This document shows positions 1 to 14,710 of a stretch of 64,000 nucleotides of DNA, piece after piece. The DNA comes from Eledone cirrhosa. Taxonomy: Eukaryota. Made by a program: the position numbers and the translations under genes. The notes beneath the pieces were generated by a model. It made no database searches, was not told the origin of the DNA, and saw nothing but the letters and a program-made list of their open reading frames with translations. Each line of letters opens with the position of its first letter. The first letter of the stretch is position 1. The stretch is taken from the NCBI GenBank assembly GCA_964016885.1, contig OZ024745.1, positions 63,860,001 through 63,924,000 of the forward strand, written 5' to 3'.

Positions 1-600
1 TGTAGAGAGGAGGAGAGGTTGGTGGTAATGAATAGAGGGAGAGGATTGATAGAGATAGGTATAGATAGATATAGAGAGGGGGGTAGTTTGGTAGTGATGG
101 ATAGAGTGTGAGGGAATGAGAGAGATTGTTGTATGGTAGATGTGGAGAGAAGGATAGTTCGGTAGTAATTGATATAGAGAGTGGGGTTGGGAGAGTGATC
201 CCTGTAGTAGATATAGGGAGGGGAAATGTTGGTGCTATTTGATATAGACAGGGGGATTGGGAGAGCGTTTTGTATGGTTGATGCAGAGAGGGGGAGAGTT
301 TGGTATTAATGAATAGAGTGAGAGGTTTGATAGAGATAGGTATTGATAGATATAGAGAGGGGGAGAGTTTGGTAGTGATGTATAGTGTGAGAGCATGAGA
401 TAGAGAGTGTTGTATGGTAGATATAGAGAGGGGGATAGTTTGGTGGTAATCGATATAGTAAGGGGAATTGGAAGAGAATGTTGTATGGCAGATATAGAGA
501 TGGTGATAGTTTGGTGACAATTGTAATGGTGAGAGGGGCTGGGAGAGTGTGTTGTTTATTTGCTATAGAGTTTGCTGTTAATTGATATAGTGAGGGTGAT
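1..600. repeat. Degenerate purine-rich (GA/GT) tandem repeat, ~55-60 nt subunits
   Basis: Recurrent 'gatatagagaggggg..agtttggt..t.at' motif; 1-90 recurs near 285-380. Confidence 0.7.
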
Positions 601-788
601 TGGAAAATAATTCCATGAAGTAGTGTGTGTTTTGATAGAATCTCCCCAAACTACCAAAACACACATCTATTTGGATATGCGCTACAATCAATTTATGTAC
701 ATTTTATGCTTATGGCATATCGAAGTTCTCTTACCATTTTAGACTGCAAAGAGCTAAACTGATCACTGCAATTAAATTGACCAAATTT

Positions 789-982
<194 letters not shown>

Positions 983-3944
983 GCTTTACATTTCAAAATA
1001 GTAAACACATATTCCTGAAACCATGTCATACAGTTTCATGAAAGGAACGATATGGAATTGCGTTCATGCCTACAGGAGGGAATAAGAAAACATATAGGAA
1101 CGTAAAGATACTAAAACAAATACACTTTGGTTCTTTTATGTATGAGAGACAAAACTGGTGGAAAGCATTTAAATCAGGTCTTCCATATAATATATATCAG
1201 TATTGGTGTTATATCTGTATATTAAACCAAAAAGACGGACCCAAGTTTGATACCAGTATACATAACAAAAAGCATAGTCCCATATTTGAACAGCAACCGG
1301 TACCAGGATGAAGATATGGTTGTGAGACTTGTTGCAGAAATAGCCTTCAGGCTAGCTAGTCAGATACCACTGACATTAAGATTGTCACATCATGACAGGA
1401 GGAGGGGAAAAACATATAAGCCCAAGGTTAGAAACTTAACTCATAGAAGAACATGGGCATCATTTAATGAACAGAAGTGTTAGAAGCCAGCATAACAAAC
1501 AAGTTGTTAACATGGAAATCCACGTACAAATTATGCATCCCACAAAACGTGTTGATATCTCATGTGAACCAAGAACTTCTAACACAGAAAGTTGGAAGAA
1601 ATCCTCTCTATTCTAACAAAATCTAATCTATTCCACAGGCATGAAAATTATGTCAACGTTAATAGGGAGTGTAACATCTCCTTGACTAATGACCCATACA
1701 TGCTTTCTAATTTAGAAGGATCTGCATTTGCAATCAAAGTAATAAAAATATATATATATATATTAAATACAACGATTATTAATACTTCAAACACAAATTG
1801 GCGTGAGTTAGAATACGGCTTATTTCACATTTCTGTAGATGACATAACACACATCGCTGCCGTTGTCTTTAGATGTAATCAAAGCGTTAGTTCTTATGAA
1901 GAGTAACTTTATTTCAAATGAAATATGCACTATCGTCTGCATGATGGACTTGTTATAGCTTATATCAAAAAACCATTACTAATTTGGAATATAATAAAAT
2001 TTTTTAGTATATGGAATTATGATGTAAATTTCTCATAAAGTTTTTAAACAATTGTTAGCGGAACAGAATCAATATAGTTATCTAGAATAGAAAACAAAAA
2101 AATATGTACCTTATTATGCAACTCCCTTGACCAGTGGATGGGACCATATAATCAAAAGTAATTTTTAAAATATATATTAATCAATGTTACTTCTGAACTT
2201 TTGGTTTTAAGTTTAGCCCTGACCCAATAATACCAGCATCACATCGTACAGAAGTGTTGAAAAGTTGGGTGTTTCAAAGAAAGAAACAAATTAATTTAAT
2301 TCATGTTGCGAAAATTCAAACTGAAATAGGAACGGTAAAAAGGAACGGAAATAGGAACGGAAACCTTTAGTCAGCTGCTTCGTTCTGTTGACATGCATAA
2401 ATGTATATTAATTTATATTGATACATGTTTATAAAAACGGTGAATTGGCAGAACTGTATTAGAAACTTGCAAGCTATGTTCCGGATCTCTGCACTGGGTT
2501 AACTTCACCTTTTATACTTTTGCATCAATAACTAAATTATTAACCCACGGGTATGGAATGGTGAAATTTTGTGTCCCAAGGGCCTGAAAACGTGGTATTT
2601 CGTTCGGTCCCTTTCGTTCTGAGTTTGCAGCGTCACAGGTGCCAAACTGTATTGGCCCTTTACATTCCTTCAGATAAAATCAGTGACATGGACCACTAGG
2701 ATAGAAACATTTCTGGTGCAGTATCAAGAGTTTACATATTAGTGTATAATTTATATATTTATATTTCACCAAATTGACTTCACTATTTAGTATATTCAAA
2801 CTTACCCAATCCAAATGTCATTGCAAGTTCAATTTCAATTAATTGATAAGATATTACTCACTGAATATTTTCAAAACTGAAACAAAATAGATACCGACAA
2901 AAGAAGAAAAACAACAATGACGTAAGAAATAAGTAAAATGAAAATAAAACAAATGAAGAAAGACAGAAAGAAAGAATGAATGAAAGAAAGAATGGTCAAC
3001 GAATAAATAAATAAATGAAGAAATGAAAGAAAGGAAGACACAAAGACAGGAAAAAGGTGGAACCAGAAAAAGAAAGATAGAAAGATATTAGAGATTTAGT
3101 TTTAGCTCTTATCCCCAGGAAACAACATTTAGTATTTTAACTGTTGACAATTGAGATTGAATATCATAATATGATGAAATCCGATTTATTTCTATGTTTA
3201 ATAACTTGTATATTAACCATTTGTACCGATTGCCTATTATTTACTGTATGTGTCATCTGAAACTGGATGGAATTGTTTTCATGCCTGGCAAGAAATTTTA
3301 TCAAGATAAAAAAAAAGTACGAGTATTTAGAGAGTGTTTGTTAAAGCAGCCTGTCTTTTTTGCAAGTATTGTAGATGTATTGTTTAAGTCAATTATTTGA
3401 GTAAAGTTTCTTGTTTTGATAATTCATACATTCGCGTAGAAAAAAACACATACACAGTCACATATATACATACAGCAAGTCTAGGTAAAATATGTTCAAG
3501 TGCGTGCGTCTATGTCTCTGTGCCTCTACTCAAATTCTTACAAAACCAAGACACTGATATATATATATATAATGTGTGTCATTACTTACCGATATACACA
3601 CAATATCACACGTACACAGATAAACAAATACACACATATATGTATATTTTTTTTATACATCCATATGTGGAGAGGGTATGTTTGTAATCGTGTGTAAGAG
3701 TGAGTGTGTATTTGTATATGCAGGTCCTAATTAATGATTAACATAACTAAATCCATCCCTTTTATAAAATACAGATGTACATGTTTGCATATCTGTTGGT
3801 GAACGACCGTTGCTAATTTGTACATGTAAGCGAACAAAATGATCTACTTTTAATGCGCTCATCTAGAATTACAATGTGTAAAGTTTACCGCCATTTTATA
3901 TAGTGCACGAAATGAAACAAATACAATCTAGAATACTGCTTCTA

Positions 3945-4772
<828 letters not shown>

Positions 4773-5047
4773 GTTTGTTTTTATCTTGTGCTTTGAGACG
4801 AAGCTATTTTTATAAATTTACTAGAGAACTTTGTTACTTTGTTGACGGCGCTGAATTGTTGTGCAGTGGATAAAACACGTACATTCTCTGTAACTCAACA
4901 TAACTTCCTTTAAACATTTACTATGTTTTGTTTATAATAGAGAAAAGGAACCATTGCCAAATAGATATGTGTTTTAATAAATTCTAGCGTTAGCCTCAAT
5001 AATGTTTGATTTATCTGATATGGAGAATTGTGCTGTGTGTGTATATA

Positions 5048-6354
5048 CGAGGTACACTCAAGCCGTTTTGAGACTTTTAATTTTCAGGCACTTTTAATTG
5101 ACCTAAGTAACTGTCACTTTAATACGACCTTGATATGGTTATAATAAGCTAACATGGCAAATCCTTTTTTTCATGTTGAAGGTTCGGGCCACCATAACAC
5201 TTTAACCCTATCCGTCATACACGTCTTGTCACAGCTGACTGGTTCCACAACTTGTCGGCTCGATATGCAATAAAGTTTGTGTCATACTCAACAAATGCTG
5301 CAGAAATCTATGAAATGTTCAAAACTGCTTACGGACTAACTTCCATGAGCCGGGTGACTGTTTCCCGCTGGCACAATGATTCTAGTAGGGCAAAGAGCAG
5401 GTTAGGGACAACAAGAAGTGTGGCAGTGAGAGGGATGCCAAAGTTGGTCGACAAAATTCGTAAATTTCTAGACGCGGAACGTTGTGCATCTCTTCTGACG
5501 ATTGCTAAACAATTTCGAGTGGCTGAGTACACTGCGCACAGAGGCATTCTTGATGATCTGAACATGCACAATATTTGTGCAAAGTTTGTGCTCAGGGTGT
5601 TCAATGAAGATCAAAGACAGATGCGCGTTGATGACAGCAGGGAGATGGTCGAGTGGATCGCTTCGTATACAAGTGTCCTTCAGACTTTGGTAACTTGTAA
5701 CGAGAGCCGGTGCTACTGTTTTGATCCAGATACCCCGAGTCAGAGTGCCTATTGGAAATACTCTGACACCTTAAGACCCAAGAACGCCATGGAAAGCAGG
5801 TCCACTGAGAAGCTAATGATGATTCCATTCTTTGACAGCAAGGGCATTGTCTACAAACATTGGGTCCCCCACGGCTAAACAGTCAACAAAGTGTATTATG
5901 TAGAGGTGTTGAGGCAGTTCAGAAAAAGATTTCGTCGCAAGATACCTGAACTCTTCTCAGAAGTCATGTGAGTGGCACCTGCACCAGAATAATGCCTCCT
6001 GTCAGAAACCCATTCTGTTGACCAACTACTTTTCCATTATAGGGATCATGAGTATCCATCATCATCACTACAGTCAAGGCGTAGCTCCATGTAACTTCTA
6101 AATGTTCCCGAAGGAGAGTTCAGAAGTATTCGCTTTAAAGATGTGGAAGAGATGAAGGAGGCTGTGACAAGCGCCCTGGACACCTTCACTTTGAAAGACC
6201 ACAAGAGGGCCTTCCAAAAGTGACTGGAGGGCTAAAGCATGCATTGAAGTTGGAGGATCCTACTTTGAGGGGAGGCTTAAGTTTTGAGTTGATATGAGTT
6301 ATATAAATATATCTATGATAAAATCTCAAAACCTCTTGAATGTATACCGGTCTG
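5048..6354 (+). mobile_element. Decayed near-full-length mariner (Tc1/mariner) DNA transposon
   Basis: ORF 5252-5878 has mariner HTH region and LVTCNESRCYCFDP (cf. IVTGDESW); downstream remnants HQNNAS (cf. HDNAP) and HYSQGVAPCNF (cf. YSPDLAPCDF); imperfect TIRs at ~5048-5078 and ~6320-6354; TA flanks; stops and frameshifts. Confidence 0.9.
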
Positions 6355-7260
6355 TATGTAAACAATTGACTTTTAGAAAATACTCAGATTGTATAAATAC
6401 ACTTTCAGAAAGAAATCAAAATTTATTTGAATTATTAATAGAAAGACTGAAGAAAATATTTTAACTATTTAGAAATACTGAAGAGAATAGTTCTATAGTG
6501 TTAGTGAAATATTGAGTGTTGTATTAGATTTCCTTTTGGCATATTCACTGAAATTCCCTTTAAAACCATTTCATGCTGCAGCCTCGTTCTCAATCCATGC
6601 TAACTTGCTGTTTAATTGCTGATTTGGCTCCACTAATGCATTATAATTAATTACTTGTAAAATATACTTCATGAAAATTCTTGATTTTAACGCTTCTCAA
6701 ATTTTAGAAAACTAAAGGTTTACAGATTATATTACTAGTTCTTGTGAACAGATGATTACGAATAATCATTCTGCAATTATTTCGGGAATTTCTATACGCC
6801 CATATGGAATTCAAAATAAAGAAAATCTGCAAGAACCTATTCCGGAATACTATTACGGCACCCATGTTCAGTGATTTCTGAATACACAAAATTGTCATAG
6901 ATAAGAAGTTAAATCTAGAAACAGGTATCTATGTAATACGCTTACAATGCGAACATCATTATTTTAAAAAATCGTTTAAGCTACTGTGCATTTAGGAAAG
7001 CTATAAAATCTGTCTCAGAAGTGTCTTCAACCCTTGAAAACCTTAGAAATTATAGTTATATATAGAAAGCAATGGGATCTAATTAACTTTATTTTCTCCG
7101 AGGCATTATGAGCGAATTATAGAAATACGCATGAATGGTCTGCATGAAGCCATGACTTAAAGCCTTGCGATGTTTTCCTGTGAAACAGCACGACAGAAGA
7201 AGTGTATAGCCAAAGACAAAAGACTGACTCAATTGAAGGAACTGACTCAATTGAAAGCCC

Positions 7261-7330
<70 letters not shown>

Positions 7331-7546
7331 TATTCTAAGGCGGGTAAAATTCCCGAGATCCATGGACGAGTTCTCTCCAGCGGTCTCTGTCCCTCATTAT
7401 CGCTGCCATGTCCTGCGTCTCCAGCAGACCAGTGTCTGTCCTTAGGGCATCAATATACGTTAACCATGCTCTTCCTCTTCTAGTGTGTCCATGTAGGGGC
7501 TCCCAAGTGAAGGAGGCAGAGGATTATATTAGCTTGTATATATATA

Positions 7547-7802
7547 TATACAAGCTAATATAAATTAATATATATGATAAACACCAATACCAACATATAG
7601 GTGTTTGTATTGTAAATGACTAAGTTAGCTAGATTGAATCTAGCTAACTTAGTCATTTACAATACAAACACTTATATGTTGGTATTGGTGTTTATCATAT
7701 ATATTAATTTATATTAACTTGTATTACACGGCTCAGAAATACTTCTTTCTTTGAGCTATTTCATTGTAAAGGACTGCCTGAGTTTTGAACTCTTTATTCA
7801 TA

Positions 7803-7803
<1 letters not shown>
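7547..7803 (+). mobile_element. Short palindromic insertion (~88 bp arms + ~80 nt tail) in (TA)n; probable PLE 3' end
   Basis: 7547-7635 is the reverse complement of 7637-7724; unique extension to 7803; TA flanks. Confidence 0.65.
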
Positions 7804-7880
<77 letters not shown>

Positions 7881-7885
<5 letters not shown>

Positions 7886-8078
7886 CGAGTAGGACCCCGA
7901 CGGCTGAGCTCAAGCCGTTTCGACGGCTAATTCTGAATAATTGTCCAGAATTAGCCGTCGAAACGGCTTGAGCTCAGCCGTCGGGGTCCTACTCGTTCCT
8001 ATTACCCACTCTACTACCCTAAGTATTGAGTACTTTGGTGAGTTATGGTCCATCTGGTTCCTTACCACATTTCCTTCG

Positions 8079-8080
<2 letters not shown>
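7881..8080 (+). mobile_element. Short inverted-repeat element (~55 bp arms + tail) with the 3' half of an HHR
   Basis: 7881-7935 vs 7946-8000; GAAA-CGGCTTGAGCTCAGCCG-TC at ~7960-7982; related minus-strand fragment at 9831-9871. Confidence 0.7.
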
Positions 8081-8126
<46 letters not shown>

Positions 8127-8133
<7 letters not shown>

Positions 8134-8468
8134 AGAAAAAAGAGAATTAGTGTTGCGACGAAAGGAATTTATTGGACATATTACAAATATTTCTCGGGCG
8201 ACCAACTCGAGGCACGATCGATAGGGTGATCACACCTGACTTTGAAATCAACACGGTCGTCAGATACGTCTTTATTCTACGTAGAATCGTAGAATCGAGA
8301 CGTATCTGACGACCGTGTTGATTTCAAAGGTGATCACCCTATCGATCGTGCCTCGAGCTGGTCACCCGAGAAATATTTGTAATATGTCCAATAAATTCCT
8401 TTCGTCGCAACACTGATTCTCTTTTTTTTGTGATATCATACTCTGCTCTACGAGGGCATTGAGTGCTC
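8127..8468 (+). mobile_element. Inverted-repeat element (~150 bp arms + ~30 nt tail) with an HHR in each arm
   Basis: 8127-8278 vs 8290-8437; TA flanks. Confidence 0.8.
8299..8388 (+). ncRNA. Type I hammerhead ribozyme (mirror copy 8175-8270, minus strand)
   Basis: Stem I GACGTAT/ATATGTC; CTGACGA 8306-12; GAAA 8370-73; TATTTG-TA (GUA site); stem II long and imperfect. Confidence 0.6.
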
Positions 8469-8587
<119 letters not shown>

Positions 8588-8984
8588 TGTGTGTGACAGG
8601 CTATTAAATTTACACCTCAAAATGAGCCAATAGAAGACCACGAAAACAATTGGATGTGAAACGAACTTCTTAACAACACAGTCAAACCTGCATCTTTATC
8701 TATAGTGTCATGTGCGTTTAAAAAAATTATTCTTTATAATATTTTGGTATTCTCAACAGAAGTAATAAGAGTGAGCGAGAGGTGGGTGTAGTGAAATAGA
8801 GGATGGGTGTTTATTCGTTGATTAATTTATATAAAAGGTAAATATATAGATAAAACGAAGTTACAATCCGACATGGCTGTCTATTTACCAACCAAGTGAT
8901 CTAGTCCATAATTTAGGTCAGTTATTTTATCTGGCTATTTAAAGCACCATACCATAGAATAAAAAGAAATTGCATTGTAAATTG

Positions 8985-9360
8985 TCGGTGCTTCTAAGCG
9001 CGCAGCATTTCACTTCAAAGTGTTCTACTAAACCACTAGGAAGATTAATAGTGATTAGACAGAGAAAGGGGGAGTGAGTGTAAAAGAGAGAGAAAATAAT
9101 TCTAGTAAAGAAATAAAGAAATAGGAAGCAAACATAAGGAGGGGGAGAAAGAAAGAATGAAAGAAAGAACGAGGGAAAGAATGAAAGAAAGAAAGAGAAA
9201 GAAAGAAAGAAAGAAAGAAAGACAAAACCAAAGAAAAAACGACAGAGAGAACGAAAGAAAGAAAAAACGAATGAGAGAATGAAAGTAAGGAAGAAATGGA
9301 AATGAAAAAGGGACGAAACAAAAAAAAAGGTAGAAAGAATGCAAAAGAAACGAAAGAAAG
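8985..9360. repeat. Degenerate (GAAA)n low-complexity tract
   Basis: Purine-rich GAAA repeats; explains the Phe/Ser/Leu-rich minus-strand ORFs. Confidence 0.8.
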
Positions 9361-9668
9361 AATACTTTTTTGTTCTTTTTTTGAGCAGTTTGGCCATCCT
9401 TTCAAATAAGTTCATACATGACTACTCAAACAGAAAACAAAACAAAAATGAATTTGGGGATAGAAAATACAAAGCATTGACCTGTGGCATTATTAAGTTA
9501 AGTGTGTATCAATGGGACTGGAATATAGCATCATTCGGAAATAATTTATTTAAAAGTTTACAAATGTCCTAGTCTTATTTGTTGAAATAGTGTTTCTCTT
9601 TTTTTAATCAGCGATCAAAGCACTCATATCAAAGCTATGAGTGTAGCTTGCATGAGGAATATATATAC

Positions 9669-9735
<67 letters not shown>

Positions 9736-9770
9736 GACACACACACACATATATATATATGCATACATAC

Positions 9771-9817
<47 letters not shown>

Positions 9818-10098
9818 AAAAGAGTCATGAACCCGACGGCTGAGCTCCGGCCGTTTCGACAGCTAGATCTGTATATAGATATATATATATATAAAGAGAG
9901 GGTGAGAGAGAGTGAGAGGGAGGGGTAGGGGGGAAATACATAGATACATACTTACGTGTGTGTGTCTGTGCGTGCATGTAAAGGCATATACGAATTCACA
10001 TACAATATGTTTATATATAATAAATATGCAGTTAGTCCTGCTGACTGCATTTAAGGTATGATCATGTCCAAGTTACGTCAACACTCGCTTTGGAGCAC

Positions 10099-10207
<109 letters not shown>

Positions 10208-10346
10208 GGAGGTGAGTTTTATTGTAGTACAATAAAGCAATGCAGATATCGGATAAGAAGCACTCTCCAGTTTGTAGGACTGATTATATGTTGATTTAAA
10301 TCTGCACTATTAACAAGTGTATTTTAACCTTCATATCATGTCTTCC

Positions 10347-10417
10347 TATTTTATCTGATGAAAACACAAATGTTATTGCATGATGATATTTGTTTTTGAA
10401 ATGCGCATAATAAAATA
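10347..10417 (+). ncRNA. Type I hammerhead ribozyme in a short TA-flanked element (~10205-10450)
   Basis: Stem [17 protein letters not shown]; CTGATGA 10355-61; ~17 bp stem II; GAAA 10398-401; palindromic ATGCGCAT stem III; AUA site. Confidence 0.85.
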
Positions 10418-10627
10418 CATGGAACTCTTTTAACCAACTTTTGATCTTATATATTATATATATATATTAGAATTTCTAACCTTTCGTCTAACCAAGATGT
10501 ATTTGATAAAAATGCGACCTTCTATAACGAAGCTCTAGATAGAAGTGGCCACAAAAATAGATTAGAATATATACCTTCTACTAAAAATACTATAAACATA
10601 CAACCTAATATTACCAACAAACACCAA

Positions 10628-11560
10628 ATGAAAAGTACACACCTAAATGCCACCCACACTATACCCCAAAATACCAACAACTCCTCTAATATAAAGTATA
10701 GTAACTCTCAAAAAACTACTCATCATACAACTCTAATAAATGTTAATAATAAAACCCCTAATAAACAAGATAAAACACCTAAATCTATAAATCTAACTAA
10801 AAATGTGCGTGGTGAGATCATTAACATTAATCCCCCTAGTAAACATCACGATACAACCTATAAAAATAATAAACAACATAGAAACCGTAATAGACGAGTT
10901 ACTTGGTATAATGCTCCATTTAATTTACAAATTAAGGATAATATTGCTAAAAAAAATGTTTATATCCTAGAGAAAAACTTCCCGCCAAACCACAAATACC
11001 ATCAAATCTTAAATAGGTCAACAGTTAAATTCTCATACTCAACAACCAAAAACATAAAACAAAATATAAGTGCCTATAATGCATATAAATGTAAGAATAC
11101 CATAAGTATACCACCAATACATGAAACTAACCATAATATCTCCTCAAATACAGAATTAACGAAAGGTTGTAACTGTAGAAACAAAGCAAACTGCCCATTA
11201 AAAGGAAATTGTCTTGTTAACAACATAGTTTATAAATGTAATGTTAAAACTAAAGATTCTATTTGCTCATATATAGGAGCTACTTCTAGCAATTTTAAGG
11301 TAAGGTTTAATACCCACAAACATAGTTTTAAAAATGCCGCACTAGCTAATACAACATCTCTAGCAGAAAAAATCAATAGTTATAAAAATAAGAATATAGA
11401 ATATGATATGACCTGGAGTGTGCTCAAAAGAGCCACCCCTTATCAAAATAATAGAAATGAATGTAGATTATGTTCCCAAGAACTATTTGAAATAATGAAA
11501 TCTAAGGATATCCTATTAAATAAGCGACAGGAATTAATTATATCTGTAATCATAAACTAA
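10628..11560 (+). pseudogene. PLE ORF C-terminal fragment (linker, Cys-rich motif, GIY-YIG endonuclease)
   Basis: Motifs as above; frameshift near the C-terminus relative to sister copy 40705-40938. Confidence 0.85.
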
Positions 11561-12054
11561 GAAAAACATTTAAATATTATAAACCTAATTAATAATATAA
11601 TTTTAGAAATTAATATATAATTTAATTTAAATGTTAGTTAACCTATAAATTTAATTTAATTAAAATTCTACTACAGTTGAGATTATAAAATATTGTGTAA
11701 TCATAAATTGTGAAAAACTTTTAAAAATTATTAACATAATTAATATATACTTTGTAATTTAATTTATAGATTAATTTTAGTTTATTTAACCTTTTATTAA
11801 AATTCCTTTACAGATGAAATAGTACAAAATAGCGTGTAATCAATGACAGAGAAATATTTTTTAATATTATAAACCTAATTAATGTACAATTTAGAAATAT
11901 ATTTATAATTTAATTTTAATTTAGTTAACCTAAAATTTTATTTTAATTAGCTTAAAATTAAAATTCTAATACAGATGGATTGCAGAATATCATGTAATCA
12001 TAAACTGGGAAAAATTTTAAATATATACCTAATTAATATATTCTTTACAATTAA

Positions 12055-12109
<55 letters not shown>

Positions 12110-12756
12110 TTTTTATTTTTTATTTTTTATTTTTTGTTAACCTATAATCACATTTTACTATAGATAAAATACAAAATCTGTTTTAATTATTATAAACCTA
12201 ATTAACATATACTATAGAAATTAATATATAATTTTTAATTTAGTTAACCTATAATTTATATTCTACTACCGATGAAATACTTGTTTTGGTTTTTTTCCCT
12301 ATTACTAAATTCATTTCCTAATATTGATACCATAATGTTAATATTTTTAATTTAGTTATGCTATAATTAATACTCTACTACTGTTTAACTTCAAAATTCC
12401 GCTTCAAAAATTATAAACCTAAGTAGTATACACCTTAGAAATCAATATATTAACTATTTTTAATTTAGTTAACCTATAATTAATAGTCTACTTATATTAA
12501 AATGCATAATTTTGCTTTCTTTCTTACATTTCGTAATACTGAAACTACTATGTAAACACATATTATGATCTAGATGCAATTTAATATTCTATGTTCCTTG
12601 AAACCTATATTTACTATAATCCCCTCCCCCCCCCCATAATTATTTGTATTTGTAAGCGTGGATGTACGTATGTATATGTAGGTAGGTATGTATGTTTGGG
12701 TGCTTGTATGTGAGTATAAAAATACATATGTGCGCATGTAAATAAGGGTGTATGAT

Positions 12757-12835
<79 letters not shown>

Positions 12836-12971
12836 ATATATGTATGTATGTGTGTATATATATGTATATATATATATGTCTATGTGTATGTGTGTGTGTG
12901 TATATATACGCGTATGTGTGCGTGTATATGTGAGTGTATATATATATATATACATTTGTAGTTGATGAGTG

Positions 12972-13018
<47 letters not shown>

Positions 13019-13092
13019 GTGCATAATTGTCTGACTGTGTGTATTTATTTATTTATTTATTCATTTATTTATTTTATATATATGTATATGAG

Positions 13093-13147
<55 letters not shown>

Positions 13148-13164
13148 GTGTGTATATATATGTA

Positions 13165-13203
<39 letters not shown>

Positions 13204-13222
13204 TTATGTGTGTGTATATATA

Positions 13223-13261
<39 letters not shown>

Positions 13262-13413
13262 GTGTGTATGTATATCTCTTTATTTATGTATGTCTGAGTT
13301 GTGTGAGCGTGTAGTTGTATGTGTATATGCATACATGGATGTGTGTGTGTGTGTATATATGCGTATATGTATGTGTAAGTGTGTGTGTGTATATGTATGT
13401 GTATGTATGTATG

Positions 13414-13454
<41 letters not shown>

Positions 13455-13690
13455 GTGTGTGTCTATATGTGTGTGTGTATGTGTGTGTGTGTATATATAT
13501 GTATATATGGCTATGTATGTGTATATGTGTGTGTACATGTGTGTGTGTATATATATGTATATGTATATATGTGTATATGTGTGTTGTGAATGTGTATATA
13601 TATATATATATGTGTGTATGTATATGTGTCTATGTATTTATATGTGTATATGTATGTGTCTCTATATATATGTGTGTATATATATGTATA

Positions 13691-13735
<45 letters not shown>

Positions 13736-14404
13736 ATGTATATGTGTATGTATATATATGTATGTATATCGATGTGTATTTTATATTTTACTTGTTTATA
13801 TATATATTTTTTTTTATATTCTTCTTTTTATTTCTAAATTTATAGATACATTTTTAAATAGGCAGTTTGTCTGACACACGTAAATACTGACCCCCCACCC
13901 ACCCACCCCACCCCACCCCACCCACCTACTTTCTGTATCTGGACCTAAATATATGTGGCAGTGCTTATGTGCGTGCCTTAATGTCCATATGCTTATGATA
14001 ATAATATATACACATATATGTGTGTGTGTGTGTGTGGGTGGGTGTGTGTGTATGTTCGTGGTTATGTGTATGTTTATACGTATATGCGCGTGTGTGTGTG
14101 AATGTATGTTTATGTGTGTATATATGAACGTATATATGTTTATATACGTATATGTATTTTATCTGTAGATTATAAACATACAGAGACATTAGCCCTGAAT
14201 TTTTGTATTTACATACATTTTTTCGACATGCGTATGCATGTGAACATATATTTTTATGCATATATGTGAACGAAGTTACTTACATATATACACACACTTA
14301 ACTGTATTTTCTGGACATATTTCTGTGTATTTCATTGGTCAATTTGAACTCTGTTCCCAAACAGACCTGTAATTTTGAATTGTTGTTATTATCAATAAAT
14401 ATAT

Positions 14405-14557
14405 TTCATTATTTCTGAAGACGGCATATGTATGTGTTGGTATGTATATTAAATTTGATAGTTTGTATAATTTTGTATAATTTTGTACATAGATCTGTTG
14501 AATGTGCATGCCAATTCTAACACATATATGTCCTAGAAACGATCGTTAAATAATGAA
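14405..14557 (+). ncRNA. Type I hammerhead ribozyme with ~115 nt stem II region
   Basis: 10 bp stem I TTCATTATTT/AAATAATGAA; CTGAAGA 14415-21; GAAA 14536-39; palindromic ACGATCGT; GUU site. Confidence 0.8.
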
Positions 14558-14611
14558 CTTTTTTTGTTTAATATAAGGAACTGTTTCATTGTTTTATTCA
14601 TTATTTTTTTA

Positions 14612-14710
<99 letters not shown>

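Larger units (their letters stand above)
10468..14620 (+). mobile_element. 5'-truncated Penelope-like element (GIY-YIG end) with very long AT-rich, microsatellite-containing 3' region
   Basis: ORF 10628-11560 with WYNAPF, CNCRNKANCPLKGNC, IVY...YIG, CRLC; 3' end 14350-14610 homologous to 39860-40095 of the sister copy. Confidence 0.85.
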
